Source of the DNA: an uncultured Phycisphaerales bacterium
GTDB taxonomy: Bacteria > Planctomycetota > Phycisphaerae > Tepidisphaerales > Tepidisphaeraceae
Length of the DNA stretch: 64,000 bases
Assembly: GCA_963758525.1 (NCBI GenBank)
Contig: CAVWVQ010000003.1
Coordinates: 2,752,001-2,816,000, forward strand
Reading direction: 5' to 3'
Numbering within the stretch: position 1 is the first letter of the stretch; each line of letters starts with the position of its first letter. Position numbers and translations under genes: made by a program. The notes beneath the pieces are model-generated. The model worked only from the letters and a program-made list of their open reading frames with translations, was not told the origin of the DNA and did not search any database. Of the stretch, positions 17,710 through 28,415 are shown one piece after another.

Positions 17710-18093
17710 TCAGTTCGACGCTCCACGCCGCAGGGCGACCGGCGGCAACACCAGTTCGGTCATCATCAGCGCAGTGGCGATATTCTTGCGCGATCGCAAC
17801 GCCTCGGCGATCTGGGTCGCGGGCGACGTCGCTGGCGCCGCCGCGGCCGGCTCGGCGGTCGCCGCCCGCTTCGTGGAAGTTACAGCCTGCGGCGCCGGCG
17901 CGGAGCGTGGAAGTCGCTTGCCCCTTGCGGCGACAGCCGCCTGCCGTCCACGCGTCGCAACGGGAGTTGCCGCAACAATCGGCGCAGGCGCGGCTGGTAC
18001 GCGCGCCGCGGCTTTGCGGGCAGAGTTCGACTCCGATGCGGAGTTCACCGCCCGGATGATCAGCTTGATGATGAAAACCAGCAGTTCGTCCAT
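17710..18093 (-). CDS. Hypothetical protein downstream of floA
   Basis: Hydrophobic N-terminus, Ala/Pro-rich middle, C-terminal LMMTELVLPPVALR. Confidence 0.7.
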   Translation of the reverse strand: MDELLVFIIKLIIRAVNSASESNSARKAAARVPAAPAPIVAATPVATRGRQAAVAARGKRLPRSAPAPQAVTSTKRAATAEPAAAAPATSPATQIAEALRSRKNIATALMMTELVLPPVALRRGASN

Positions 18094-18100
18094 GAATGTT

Positions 18101-19101
18101 TCAAACCTTTGGCCCTTCCACCGGCTTGGCAATTGCCTCGCGCATGCTGGTGTCGGCCTGCACATTCTTGAGCTTGTAATAATCCATCACGCCTAGGTTC
18201 CCATTGCGGAGCGCCTCGGCGATCGCCTTGGGGATTTCCGCCTCGGCCAGCACCACCGCGGCCCGGTTGGCCGCGACATGCGCGATGTTTTCCTGCTCCT
18301 GCGCAATGGCCATCGCGCGGCGCTGCTCGGCCTCGGCCTGGAAGCGGCGCTTGTCAGACTCGGCCCGGTCGGCGGCAAGCTTCGCGCCAGGTTCTCTCCC
18401 ACGTCGATATCCGCGATGTCGATGGAGAGAATCTCGAATGCGGTGTTGGCGTCGAGCCCTTTGCTCAAGACGGCTTTGGAGATCGAGTCGGGGTTTTCCA
18501 GGACGTGCTTGTAATCGATGGCAGACCCGATCGCGTTCACGATTCCTTCGCCCACGCGCACGATGACGGTTTCCTCGGTCGCCCCGCCCACGAGGCTCTT
18601 GATGTTGGTTCGGACGGTGACCCGGGCACGCACCTTCAGTTGGATTCCGTCCTTCGCGACGCCGTCGATCGTCGTGCGGCCAAGTGTGGTGTTGGGGACG
18701 TCGATCACCTTCGGATTCACGCTGGTCTGCACCGCATCGAGGATGTCGCGCCCCGCCAGATCGATGGCGGTGGCAATCTGCCAGGGAAGCTCGATCTGCG
18801 CCTTGTTGGCCGCGATCATCGCGTTGATGACGCGCTGCACATCGCCGCCGGCAAGCACGTGCGATTCCATCTCGCGGTTGCTGACGTTGATGCCGGCGCG
18901 GCTGGCCTGAATGCGGGCGTTGACGATCGCCAGCGCATTCACTTTCCGCACGCGCATCCCCATCAGATCAAAAAGGCTGATGTGCGATCCGCTGGCAAAC
19001 GCGCGAATGTACAGCCCAAGAAACTGGGCGATGAATGCGAAGACGATCAGCAGAAAAATAAGAAAGACGACAAGCAGACCGACGCCGATAGGGTTACTCA
19101 T
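18101..19101 (-). CDS. floA: Flotillin-like protein FloA (UPF0365), one-base frameshift near 18,388
   Basis: [59 protein letters not shown]; one added G restores LGAKL...[10 protein letters not shown]...GNLGVMDYY. Confidence 0.92.
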
Positions 19102-19223
19102 ATGATTCCCTCCGATGGGAAGCGACACGGGACTTTGTTCATGCCCCGCTTATTCTATGAAGGCGGCGGGGGAAAGCGAAAGGCGTGCGGGATGCACGAC
19201 CGTCTCCGCGTCTCTGCGCACTG

Positions 19224-19253
19224 CCCCCTCTCCCGGTATTCCGGGAGAGGGGG
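19224..19253. repeat. REP-like hairpin, family C (CCCCCTCTCCCGG-tatt-CCGGGAGAGGGGG)
   Basis: 13-bp stem; partial related copy near 19,333 and a related hairpin at 43943-43970. Confidence 0.75.
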
Positions 19254-19418
19254 TAGCGCACAACGACGGCCCTGCATCAGGCGTGCGGCTGGACCTGACG
19301 GCTACATGCCAATTGTCGCTGCGCTGATCATTTCCCCTCCCCCGGAGTACCCAATATTTTGCACCTGCGATGTAAGTCCTCTTCCTCTGTTTTTCCAATG
19401 AAATGCTTGGCTCCCTTA

Positions 19419-20942
19419 TCACACTTGCCTGACTACCACGCGCGTGCCCCGCACTTCCTCAACCGCGATTTTACTGCCCGGCGGAACGAAGCCGCTCGAG
19501 CTGACCACGGAAGTGGTGCGGGTGTCGTCCGCGAAGGGAAAACGCGCAGATCCTCCCGGCTTCAATTCGCTCACGGCTTCGCCAATCGTCCCGACAAATG
19601 GCCAGGAATCGGGTTTGAGCGGCTGCAGCGCCAACGGAATACTCCCGCCCGATGTCTCAGTGAGAACCAGTCTTTTGAAGTATGGGATGGCGGGCAAATA
19701 TTTGCGGAGCCAGACGGAAAGAATAACTGAGCAGATCATTCCGCCGATCACGACAAGCAATCCGGTCTGCGCATTGCGCCACGTTTGATGCATGTTGGGA
19801 AGCCAGCCCGGCGACGCCGGTTCTCTGCCGACGAACGTCAGCACCAGTCCGAGCACGATCATGAACAATCCCAGCGCCAGTGAAACGCCATGGCCGGGGA
19901 AGACGAAGATCTCAAACGCGCACAGCGCCAACCCGGCGACGATCACCAGAATTTCCCACCACTGCGCATACCCCGTAAGCAGCGGCACGCCGACCAACAG
20001 CGCCAGCGAGACGACGGCAGTCGCCTCGGCGGCGCCATGACCAGGAGCGTGCAGGGAGATATTGAGCGCCATGATAAAGGCCGTCAGCAGCAGAAATCGC
20101 GCGAACGGATTGCTCAAAATCGCGACGATCTCGTCACCGACGCCGGGCGTCAAATCGGCAATGAGCGACAGATGCCGATCCTTGATGAGTTCATCAGTGG
20201 TCGGGACGGTCGCCTTGGAGAGGTTGAGCGTCTGCGCGATGTCCGGCCCAACCGTCAACAGCGTGTCGGCTCCATCGACCGGGTCAGGCACACCGGGCAT
20301 CGGTTTCCATCCCTGCTTGAGCAGATCCTTATAGCCGTCGTCGTCGACGAAGCGTTTGTCTCCGTTGGCGTTCTGCAGAACATGGACAACCGTTTGCACC
20401 CGCACCATCGCCTCGGCGACGAGCGGGTCGTATCCGTTCCGCCGGGCGCTGCTGAGGAAATCCGACAGCACCGGTGATTCCTCCTTCGCGCGCTCCGCAG
20501 CAGGAAGCGGCTGCAACTGTCCATCGGTGCTGAAGATGATCGGGGCGCAGTCGCCGATCTGCGAGCCGGGGGACATGACGATCTCGTCGCACGCGATCGC
20601 GATCATCGAGCCGGCGGAGATCGCCTTGGTCTTCACGAACGCAATCGTATGAATATCCGTCTGATCGCGGAGGAACCGGGAGATATCGAGCCCCGCGGTG
20701 ACAAGTCCGCCATAGGTGTTGATGCGAAGGATGACAGTCTTCGCCCCCATGTCGCGAGCCCGCTGGAACCGCCGCAGCAAATCGTCGCGCGTGTAGTCGT
20801 TGATCTCGTCGGAGATGGGGATGACAACAGTCTTCGCGCGCGCGTCGGACTCCGGGCCCGTCGGCTGCGTCGGCGAATCCGCAAACAGAAGGGCGGTGGA
20901 CGCGATGCAGATTGCCCACGCCAGCGCATGGATCGTCTTCAT
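19419..20942 (-). CDS. nfeD: NfeD family membrane-bound ClpP-class serine protease
   Basis: INTYGGL, AISAGSMIAIACDEI, TM bundle, C-terminal OB domain (GEAVSELKPGG); classic partner of floA. Confidence 0.9.
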   Translation of the reverse strand: MKTIHALAWAICIASTALLFADSPTQPTGPESDARAKTVVIPISDEINDYTRDDLLRRFQRARDMGAKTVILRINTYGGLVTAGLDISRFLRDQTDIHTIAFVKTKAISAGSMIAIACDEIVMSPGSQIGDCAPIIFSTDGQLQPLPAAERAKEESPVLSDFLSSARRNGYDPLVAEAMVRVQTVVHVLQNANGDKRFVDDDGYKDLLKQGWKPMPGVPDPVDGADTLLTVGPDIAQTLNLSKATVPTTDELIKDRHLSLIADLTPGVGDEIVAILSNPFARFLLLTAFIMALNISLHAPGHGAAEATAVVSLALLVGVPLLTGYAQWWEILVIVAGLALCAFEIFVFPGHGVSLALGLFMIVLGLVLTFVGREPASPGWLPNMHQTWRNAQTGLLVVIGGMICSVILSVWLRKYLPAIPYFKRLVLTETSGGSIPLALQPLKPDSWPFVGTIGEAVSELKPGGSARFPFADDTRTTSVVSSSGFVPPGSKIAVEEVRGTRVVVRQV

Positions 20943-21028
20943 GCCATGATTATAAGCATCTTTTCTATTCCCTTCTTCTCCTGTGCCCCGAGGCGGCGAA
21001 TTCCAGCAGCAGAAGCTATGATGCCGCC

Positions 21029-21370
21029 ATGAAGCACCAACGCCTGCTCTTCCTATTCGTTTTGTTGCTGACGATCGGCTTCCTTCGCGTCAGCGCCCGC
21101 AGCGACCCTGCCGACGCGCCAGGGCCGCTTGCCGACCGCGCGTTCGCATCGCATTTGAAAATCACGCTCGATCCGCGCACCGCATCGGATTACGGCGTTG
21201 ATCCCAAAAAGGTCGATTCGCTCATTAACGAATTCGCCGCCAAGCACGATTCATTTAATCTCAGCGATCTGCAGAACCTGAAGATTCCCGCCGGTCCTGA
21301 CAAAAATCTCCTGCTCAGCGAAATTGCAACGATCGACGTGCAATTCAACCCGATGGCCGCCAAGCAGTAG
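21029..21370 (+). CDS. Small secreted protein resembling an AcrB/CusA docking subdomain
   Basis: Signal peptide, then LKITLDP...YGV...LSDLQNLKIPAG...LLSEIATID. Confidence 0.55.
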   Translation: MKHQRLLFLFVLLLTIGFLRVSARSDPADAPGPLADRAFASHLKITLDPRTASDYGVDPKKVDSLINEFAAKHDSFNLSDLQNLKIPAGPDKNLLLSEIATIDVQFNPMAAKQ

Positions 21371-21378
21371 CAACCCAC

Positions 21379-22640
21379 ATGCGGACCTGGCTATGCATCC
21401 CGCTGATCTTCCTTTCCAGTGCGCTGTTGGCCCGCGCCGCCGCAATTGCGGAGAATCCCGCCGTTCCCGAGTCGATGGGAGTCAACATTCACTTCACCGA
21501 TCCGCGGCCGGGGGAAATGGAGATGCTCGCCGCGGCCGGATTCAAGTGGGTCCGCATGGATCTGGGCTGGAACGGCACCGAGCGAACGAAAGGCAACTAC
21601 GATTTCTCCGCCTATGACCGGCTGCTCGCGGCCCTGGATGCAAAACAGATGCACGCGATGCTCATCCTGGATTATTCCAACAGGCTCTACGACGAAGGCC
21701 TGTCCCCTTTTACCGATGACGGCCGTGCCGCGTTCGCGCGATGGGCCGCGGCCGCGGTGCAGCATTTCAAGGGTCGGGGCGTTCTCTGGGAAATGTACAA
21801 CGAGCCGAATGGCGGGTTCTGGAAACCCAAGGCCGACGCGGGCGCTTACTGGCAACTTGCGCTGACCGTCGGCAAGGCGCTTGCGCAGCGGCGCCGGACG
21901 AAACGTATATCGGCCCGGCGATGGCCGGCATGGAGTTCACCTACCTGCAGAAGTGCTTCGATGCCGGCGTGCTTCAGTACTTCTCGGCCGTCACCGTGCA
22001 TCCGTACAGGCAGGAAGAGCCCGAAACTGTCGCTAAGGACTACGCAAAGCTGCGGGCGATGATCGCGCAAGCTGCGCCCGCGGGAAAGAAAATTCCCGTG
22101 ATCAGCGGCGAATGGGGATATTCGGAACGCTTCCGCAATCAAAACGAAGAAAATCAGGGAAAGACGCTGGCACGCGAGTTCCTGACGAATCTCGCCGAAG
22201 GAATTCCCCTCTCAATCTGGTATGACTGGCACGATGACGGAGATGATCCGAAAAACGCTGAGCATCGTTTCGGCATCGTGCACCATGCATTCCTCAAAGA
22301 CGGTCTGACGCCATACGCGCCAAAGCCGGCATATCTGGCGGCCAAAACGCTCGGCACGACGTTCGCGGGATATCGTTTCGAAAAGCGATTGCCGGTCGGC
22401 GGTCCGAACGACTGCGTGCTGCTCTTCAATAACGGCAACGCCCATGCAATCGCGGCCTGGTCAACTTCGCATGAACAGCACGATGTCACGATTCCGATCC
22501 AGGGAGCGGTTCACCGAACCAGTCACGTGGGCGATGATCTGGGCGACAAGGTCGCCGCTGCCGACGGACTTCACATCGTGCTGACTGATGCTCCGGTGTA
22601 TCTCACGTCTGACGAGCCGAGGTCATTCCAACCGCTTTGA
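21379..22640 (+). CDS. Secreted clan GH-A glycoside hydrolase (GH5/GH39-like), frameshift near 21,883
   Basis: Signal peptide; GFKWVRMDLGW, WEMYNEPN (acid/base), VHPY, ISGEWG (nucleophile). Confidence 0.85.
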
Positions 22641-22855
22641 TTCGCGCGTTATTGACCCGCCAGGGAGAGGTGCATTCGCGCACGAACAACTTGATCATTT
22701 TCGAAGCATAAATGAGGTAATTACGTATCACAGCCGTCTCGGCTGTGGCCCGCAAGCACAGCCGAGACGGCTGTGCTGGAACCGCCAGCCATTCCCGCGG
22801 TGCGACGATTCCCTGGGTTGAAGACCGCTCTTATCGGTCCCGCCGACTCACCCGG

Positions 22856-24238
22856 ATGGCAGGAGCAAGCGGCGCGGCCGATGGTGCCGATACGAACATC
22901 ATGATTTCGATGTGGGAACGAGCGCGGGGCCTGACGACCCTGCTGAGTCATTCAAAGCTGCAGCAACGGCACCTCCGCGAGTTTCAGAACCGGCGGCTGC
23001 GCACTCTGGTGCGACACGCATACGACAACGTTCCCTTCTACCGCACGCTGTACGACCAGCATGGCGTCGATCCCCGCGCTATTCGCGGCGTTGACGACAT
23101 CGAACGGCTGCCTGTCACCACCAAGCGAATGTTCCAGGCGCTCCCGATGGAGCAACGTCTGGCGCGGGACGAACCAGGACCGGCTGATTCTGCGCAAAAC
23201 CAGCGGCTCGTCAGGGCAACCGTTCGTATTCGCGCGCTCGCTGATCGAAGAGCGATTTCTGGGATGGGTCCGGCTTCGCGCGATGCTGGAGATGGGCACC
23301 CGGCTGACCTACCGCCATGCCAGCGTCCTGATCAACCACAAACGGCAGAAGTCGGACAAGCAGTTGCCGCTGGGAATTCTCAAAGCCTTCGGGCTGATGC
23401 GGGGAGCGCCGATCGATTGCTTTCAGGAGCCGCGCGCCATCCTCGACCAGTTGGTGCGTGTTGATCCTGACGTGATCATTGGGTTTCCCGGAGTATTGTC
23501 GCGCGTCGCGACGCTGGCGCAGGCGCCGGCAAGTCGACTCTCAAGCCGCGCCTGATCTTCTGCGGCGGTGAAACCGTCACTCCGATGATGCGCAAGCAGA
23601 TCGAGCAGGGCTTTGGCGCTCCGCTGCGCGACACCTATGGGTGCGTCGAATTTAATCTGATTGCATCGCAATGCTGCGGCAACGGCGTCATGCACACCTG
23701 CGACCACGGAGTCATCAGTGAAGTGCTCAGCGGCGAAAAGCCGACCCCGTTTGGCGAGCGCGGGGAGATGGTGCTGACCGGACTTCACTCGTTTGCGATG
23801 CCCCTCATTCGCTACCGCATCGGCGACGTGGTCACGCGCGGCACGGCCGGCTGCGCGTGCGGCAGCCCCTTCGCGACGATCAGCGCGATCCAGGGCCGGA
23901 TGGTCGATCATTTCCAGCTTCCCGACGGCCGGCTCCTGCATCCGTGGAAGATCATCATCAGCGTCTTCGATGACCCGAAAATTGTGAGCGAGGTGCAGTT
24001 GCTTCAGGAGACCAGGTCGCGCGTCGTGATGCGGATCGTTCCGCAGCGGCCCATCTCTGAGAGCGAAATGAGCCACATTCGCGGCGGCGCCTCCCGACTG
24101 CTCGGCCCTGATGTGACCCTCGACATTCAACTGGTGGCTCGAATTCAGCAGGAAGCCACCGGCAAGTTCCGCACCTCCCGCTCGCTGGTGGAATCACAGT
24201 ATGACAACTTCAATGCCGCGGCGGCGGGCGCCGCGTAG
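22856..24238 (+). CDS. Phenylacetate-CoA ligase family (PaaK/CapK-like) protein, frameshifts near 23,167 and 23,535
   Basis: HAYDNVPFYR, LPVTTK, TSGSSGQP, CGGE, DTYGCVE, MPLIRYRIGD, QGR, GKFR; start uncertain. Confidence 0.85.
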
Positions 24239-24251
24239 CATGAACTGAACG

Positions 24252-25553
24252 TTGACGAACGCGGGCCAAGCGGCTATCCCAAGTCAAGTGTCTGCCGAAC
24301 TTATCCTTCTCATTGCATATGGGCTGCTGGGAGTGTGCGCCTGGGGCGTCTACGGGTTCGCCATCTGGTGGGGCCGGGAAAAGATGCTGCTGATGAAGCG
24401 CCCGCCGCACCCGTTCGCGGTCTCGCCGCTTCCGTCGGTCACCATTTTGATTCCGGCGAAAGATGAGGGCGAACGCATCCGCGGGTGCATTCAGTCGGCG
24501 CTCGGTCAGGATTATCCGCATACCCGCGTCATTGCAATCGATGATCGCAGCTTAGATCAGACCGGCGCGGTGATGGATGAGATGGCTTCCGCGAATCCGC
24601 AGTTGGAAGTATTGCACATCAAGGAGCCGCCCGCGCCGGGATGGACGGGCAAAAACAACGCTCTCTACACCGCCGCCAGGAACGCGCCCGGCGACTGGCT
24701 TCTGTTCGTGGATTCCGATGTGGTGCTGCAGCCCGACGCGCTCACGGTCGCAATGTCGGTGTCACTGCGAAAGCAGTTTGATCTGCTCTCGCTGCTGCCC
24801 CGGCTCGAGAGTCATACCCTCTGGGAGAGCCTGCTCGTCCCGCTGGCGGGCAGCGCGGCCTCCTCGCTCTATCTCATCGCGCTGACCAACTCGGCAAACT
24901 ACACGGGGCCCCCGTTCGCCAATGGGCAATTCCTCCTGATTAAGCGCACCAGCTACGACGCAATCGGCGGGCACGCGACCGTTCGCGACCGCTTCTGCGA
25001 AGACGTGGAGATTGCCATATTGCTCAAGCGCGGGGGGATGAAGCCGAGGGTTTCCTGGGGGAACGAGTTCGCGTCGGTGCGTATGTATGACTCGCTGTCG
25101 AACATCGTGCGGGGCTGGAGCCGAATTTTCTATTCCGCCCGCGTCGGAAGCCCCCGCACGGCCCTGAGCGGCATCGCCTTTTTGCTCTGCTGCTGTTTCA
25201 CCGCGTACCCCGCCCTGGCGTGGGGGCTGCTGGGACTCCTCCACCCGTCGGCCGTACCCCATCCGCATCTGGCGATCGCCTGGTTCGCGACGGCGGCAAT
25301 GCATCTCTCAATGATGACCTGGTTTGTCGGTCTGATGTATTTCTGGAGCGGAAACCCCCGGCGCAACGCTCTGCTGTTCCCGGTGGCGGGCGCCATGCTG
25401 ATGTTCATCTTCATGAAGAGTTTGAAGATGTGCATCACCAAGAAAGTAGAGTGGCGGGGCACTGCCTACTCGCACACCATGACCCATGATCTGGGCTCCG
25501 CGAAGCAACCGGCCGCGGCTCCCAGCTCGCCGCGGAGACAGGGGCATTGCTAA
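24252..25553 (+). CDS. Glycosyltransferase family 2, membrane-bound
   Basis: ILIPAKDE, IDDRSLD, GWTGKNNAL, FVDSD, ANGQF, EDV. Confidence 0.9.
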   Translation: MTNAGQAAIPSQVSAELILLIAYGLLGVCAWGVYGFAIWWGREKMLLMKRPPHPFAVSPLPSVTILIPAKDEGERIRGCIQSALGQDYPHTRVIAIDDRSLDQTGAVMDEMASANPQLEVLHIKEPPAPGWTGKNNALYTAARNAPGDWLLFVDSDVVLQPDALTVAMSVSLRKQFDLLSLLPRLESHTLWESLLVPLAGSAASSLYLIALTNSANYTGPPFANGQFLLIKRTSYDAIGGHATVRDRFCEDVEIAILLKRGGMKPRVSWGNEFASVRMYDSLSNIVRGWSRIFYSARVGSPRTALSGIAFLLCCCFTAYPALAWGLLGLLHPSAVPHPHLAIAWFATAAMHLSMMTWFVGLMYFWSGNPRRNALLFPVAGAMLMFIFMKSLKMCITKKVEWRGTAYSHTMTHDLGSAKQPAAAPSSPRRQGHC

Positions 25554-25625
25554 GCCGCGCACGCGGGGAGTACACTTTTCACTGCGTCGGTCCTGAGTGT
25601 CCTCAAGCACCCGGAGATTTGCCTC

Positions 25626-26645
25626 ATGTCCCTGCGCCACATTTGCGTTCTCCTTGGCCTCTGCCTTGTTTCGATTTCGCGCGCGGTCGCGGCAGACGAC
25701 GTCGCCAAGCCGCGCATCGGGAAGCTTCCCCACCTCGAGTTCGATCTGGACAAGAAACAGGTGCGCGTCGAATGCGAAGCGCTGGATACCAGCGCCCCGC
25801 TCGAATTCTTCTGTTGCGAAACCGGCACCAACGAATATGAATCGTTGCTCCGATCGTCAGTCAAGCCATCAGATGTCCATACTGCTCTGTTGGCCATCGG
25901 CCTCAAGCCAGGCTCGCCGGTCACGTATTCCGAAGCGCTCAAGAAGCTCATCCCTCCGCACGGCCCGCCGCTGCGAATTTCTCTCGAATATGAGAAAGAC
26001 GGCAAGGTCGTTCGCACCTTGGCACAACATTGGCTGCGGGACATCAAGACCAAGAAAGAGCCGCCGCATTTCGGCTGGGTGTTCGCCGGCTCGCGTGTGA
26101 TGCCCGACGGTAAATACGCCGCCGACATGACCGGCTACATCGTGAGCATTGTCAATTTCGACCTGACGATGATTGACGTTCCCGAGCTTGCCAGCAGCGC
26201 CAACGAAACGCTCGAGTGGGAGCGCAATCCCGACACCGCTCCGAAGGCCGGCACCACGGTTTGGATGGTCATCGAGCCGATGGGTGGCGGCGGCGATGCC
26301 GCCAATGCGCCAACCACCGCGCCCGCGCAACCAGTTGTTGCAGATGTTCCGTCGGCCCCGCCGGCGGACGCCTCCCCTCCACCGCCGGCCACCGAGCCAT
26401 CGCTTTCCGACGTGCATATCGACCAGGCGAAAGTAGACCGTCTGCAAAAGTACTGGGAGGAAAAAGTCTCCCCGCACGCCGCCGCGCTCCGCGAGGCGGC
26501 CGAGGCGCATTACAAGGTGATGGCCGACCTTCGGCGCGAACAGCAGCGGCTGATCGACGAAGCCGATCGTATTCAGCGGACCATTGATGCCCTCGAAAAA
26601 CAGTATCAGGACATGACCACACCGCATCCCGAGCCCGGATCGTGA
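25626..26645 (+). CDS. YdjY-domain secreted protein
   Basis: Signal peptide; LEFFCC..GTNEYES, KPSDVHTALLAIGLKPG, WVFAGS, SIVNF; coiled-coil tail. Confidence 0.75.
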   Translation: MSLRHICVLLGLCLVSISRAVAADDVAKPRIGKLPHLEFDLDKKQVRVECEALDTSAPLEFFCCETGTNEYESLLRSSVKPSDVHTALLAIGLKPGSPVTYSEALKKLIPPHGPPLRISLEYEKDGKVVRTLAQHWLRDIKTKKEPPHFGWVFAGSRVMPDGKYAADMTGYIVSIVNFDLTMIDVPELASSANETLEWERNPDTAPKAGTTVWMVIEPMGGGGDAANAPTTAPAQPVVADVPSAPPADASPPPPATEPSLSDVHIDQAKVDRLQKYWEEKVSPHAAALREAAEAHYKVMADLRREQQRLIDEADRIQRTIDALEKQYQDMTTPHPEPGS

Positions 26646-27319
26646 CCCGTTCCACCGTCTCTCGACTCGCCTTGCCATTTCTGCTTGCGCTGTGCGCCAC
26701 CGGCTTGTGTTACTTGGCCGCGGGTCCGACGCTGGGGCTGTTCTTCGGCACTTTTTTCGTCGCCGCGATGATCGTCCCGCCGCTGCAACAGACAGAGAGC
26801 GGCGCGAGCGCAATTGTCGCCGGAGTATGCGCCGGCGCAGCCGTCGTTTGGGTCGCGGCCGCGACGCGGCCGGATGTCTATGTCTGGGATTGCGGGAGAA
26901 GCGTGGTGATGCTCGCGGCCTGGATCCTGGCGCTCCTTGGCGTCGGGCGGCTGCTCCGTGTCGCGCACGTCGGGCCGACGCCCGCAGCCGGGCTGACTCT
27001 TTTCATCGCCCTGGCATGGCTGTCCTGGCCGGTGTGGCTCACTCCTGCGCTCGAAACGTCGCATGGCCAAGCCATCGTCGACCTCCTCGTCCCCGTGCAC
27101 CCCCTGTTCTCCATCAATGGAGTCATGAAGCACTTCGGCGCCTGGGATCATTATCCTGCCCTGGCGTATCCAACGCTGACTGTTTTGAATCAGGATGTCT
27201 CCTATCGTCAGCCGACCGGCATTCTTCCCGCCGCTCTTTTCCACGCGATGTTTGGCCTTGCGCTGCTGATTCCACGACGAAGCGTTCTTGAGACGGGATC
27301 GCCGCGTCGCGCGTTGTGA
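26642..27319 (+). CDS. Hypothetical membrane protein
   Basis: GTGA-coupled to the upstream gene; several TM segments. Confidence 0.7.
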   Translation: MTRSTVSRLALPFLLALCATGLCYLAAGPTLGLFFGTFFVAAMIVPPLQQTESGASAIVAGVCAGAAVVWVAAATRPDVYVWDCGRSVVMLAAWILALLGVGRLLRVAHVGPTPAAGLTLFIALAWLSWPVWLTPALETSHGQAIVDLLVPVHPLFSINGVMKHFGAWDHYPALAYPTLTVLNQDVSYRQPTGILPAALFHAMFGLALLIPRRSVLETGSPRRAL

Positions 27320-27328
27320 CCCGCGCGC

Positions 27329-28156
27329 TCACGGACGATCAATCGATCTCGTTGTGGCGGGGCTCCTCTTCCCGATCTCCAGCCCCGCAAGTACCAGAGG
27401 CGCCAAGACCCGTGCGGCAAATTCCGGCCTGAGCGTTCCAACATGGTCGCCAAGATTTCCGTATTTCATCCACGCTTTGTCGAACGGATATTGGATGAGC
27501 TTCGCATATTGCAACGGATCTCCGTCCTTTGGCATCACGAATCCGACCTTTCCCGACGCCTCGGTTCGCACGCCATCGATCGTGCCGAACGCGCTGGTGC
27601 CTGCGCCGAGAACAATCGAATCGTATTCACTGTTGAACGCGTATGCATTGCCGCTCACATGGCGGAGCGCCTCGCTGAGGTCATATCCCGGCGAGAGCGC
27701 CGACGACAGGAGAAACAGCGTTTGCACATGCACATCTTTGGGCAATCGTTCCAGCGCCCAGACCGCCAGTCCCGTGCCGCCGCTGTGTGCGGTCAGCGTG
27801 ATCTGTATTGCCGGGTCGTCCTTGACGAGCAGCACGATCTTGTCGGCGATACGCTGCGCTTCCTTGTCGTTGCGCTGGCGCGACCAGAGCGCGGACAACC
27901 CCGGCTGCGATTCGGTCCAATCGTAGATCTCGGCCGGCCCGTCGTACCCGCCGGTTTTGAGTCCGTGAATGAGATCGTGGTCGATTGATAGCTCTCCACC
28001 GACGCCAGGCAGATGGATCAATCGCGTGTGCTGGAAGGATACGGATTCAAGTCTCGGCGCCGCAGGAGTTGAATTATCAGCCGCGCGGGTTGCGCTCGGC
28101 AGCGACCACAACACGGTAAAGAGAGAAAGGCAGGAAATAGCACAGTTGACGGCCAT
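27329..28156 (-). CDS. Secreted alpha/beta hydrolase-fold protein
   Basis: HLPGVGG, TAHSGGT nucleophile elbow, LLSSALS, D and GDH near the C-terminus. Confidence 0.75.
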   Translation of the reverse strand: MAVNCAISCLSLFTVLWSLPSATRAADNSTPAAPRLESVSFQHTRLIHLPGVGGELSIDHDLIHGLKTGGYDGPAEIYDWTESQPGLSALWSRQRNDKEAQRIADKIVLLVKDDPAIQITLTAHSGGTGLAVWALERLPKDVHVQTLFLLSSALSPGYDLSEALRHVSGNAYAFNSEYDSIVLGAGTSAFGTIDGVRTEASGKVGFVMPKDGDPLQYAKLIQYPFDKAWMKYGNLGDHVGTLRPEFAARVLAPLVLAGLEIGKRSPATTRSIDRP

Positions 28157-28242
28157 GAAGCATCGAATCGTACCGGTCACAGCGGCGCCTGTCGCGAGAT
28201 ACACGACCGTCGCTGCGCCGTGGATCTGGCGATCGGCTCCAA

Positions 28243-28415
28243 GTAGGGCGGGATTCATCCCGCCGATTTGTCGGCCCGCCCAAAAACCGGCGGGATGAAT
28301 CCCGCCCACCATCTGGGTGTGGCGCTCGAAAGCGGCGCTCGCCCCGCGTAGGGCGGGATTCATCCCGCCGATTTGTTGGCCCGCCGAAAAAACAGCGGGA
28401 TGAATCCCGCCCTAC
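28243..28415. repeat. Two tandem GTAG-family REP doublets, family B (GTAGGGCGGGATTCATCCCGCCG...CGGGATGAATCCCGCCCTAC)
   Basis: Inverted pairs at about 28243-28308 and 28348-28415. Confidence 0.9.

Noticed and set aside
27329..28363. N-terminal extension of the hydrolase ORF (MNPAL... repeats)
   Set aside because: The extension is translated REP sequence; a signal-peptide-bearing start at 28156 is more plausible
28243..28415. Repeated GTAGGGCGGGATTCATCCCGCC units as a CRISPR array
   Set aside because: The units are inverted pairs scattered at several loci, the intervening sequences resemble each other, and there are no cas genes; this fits REP doublets
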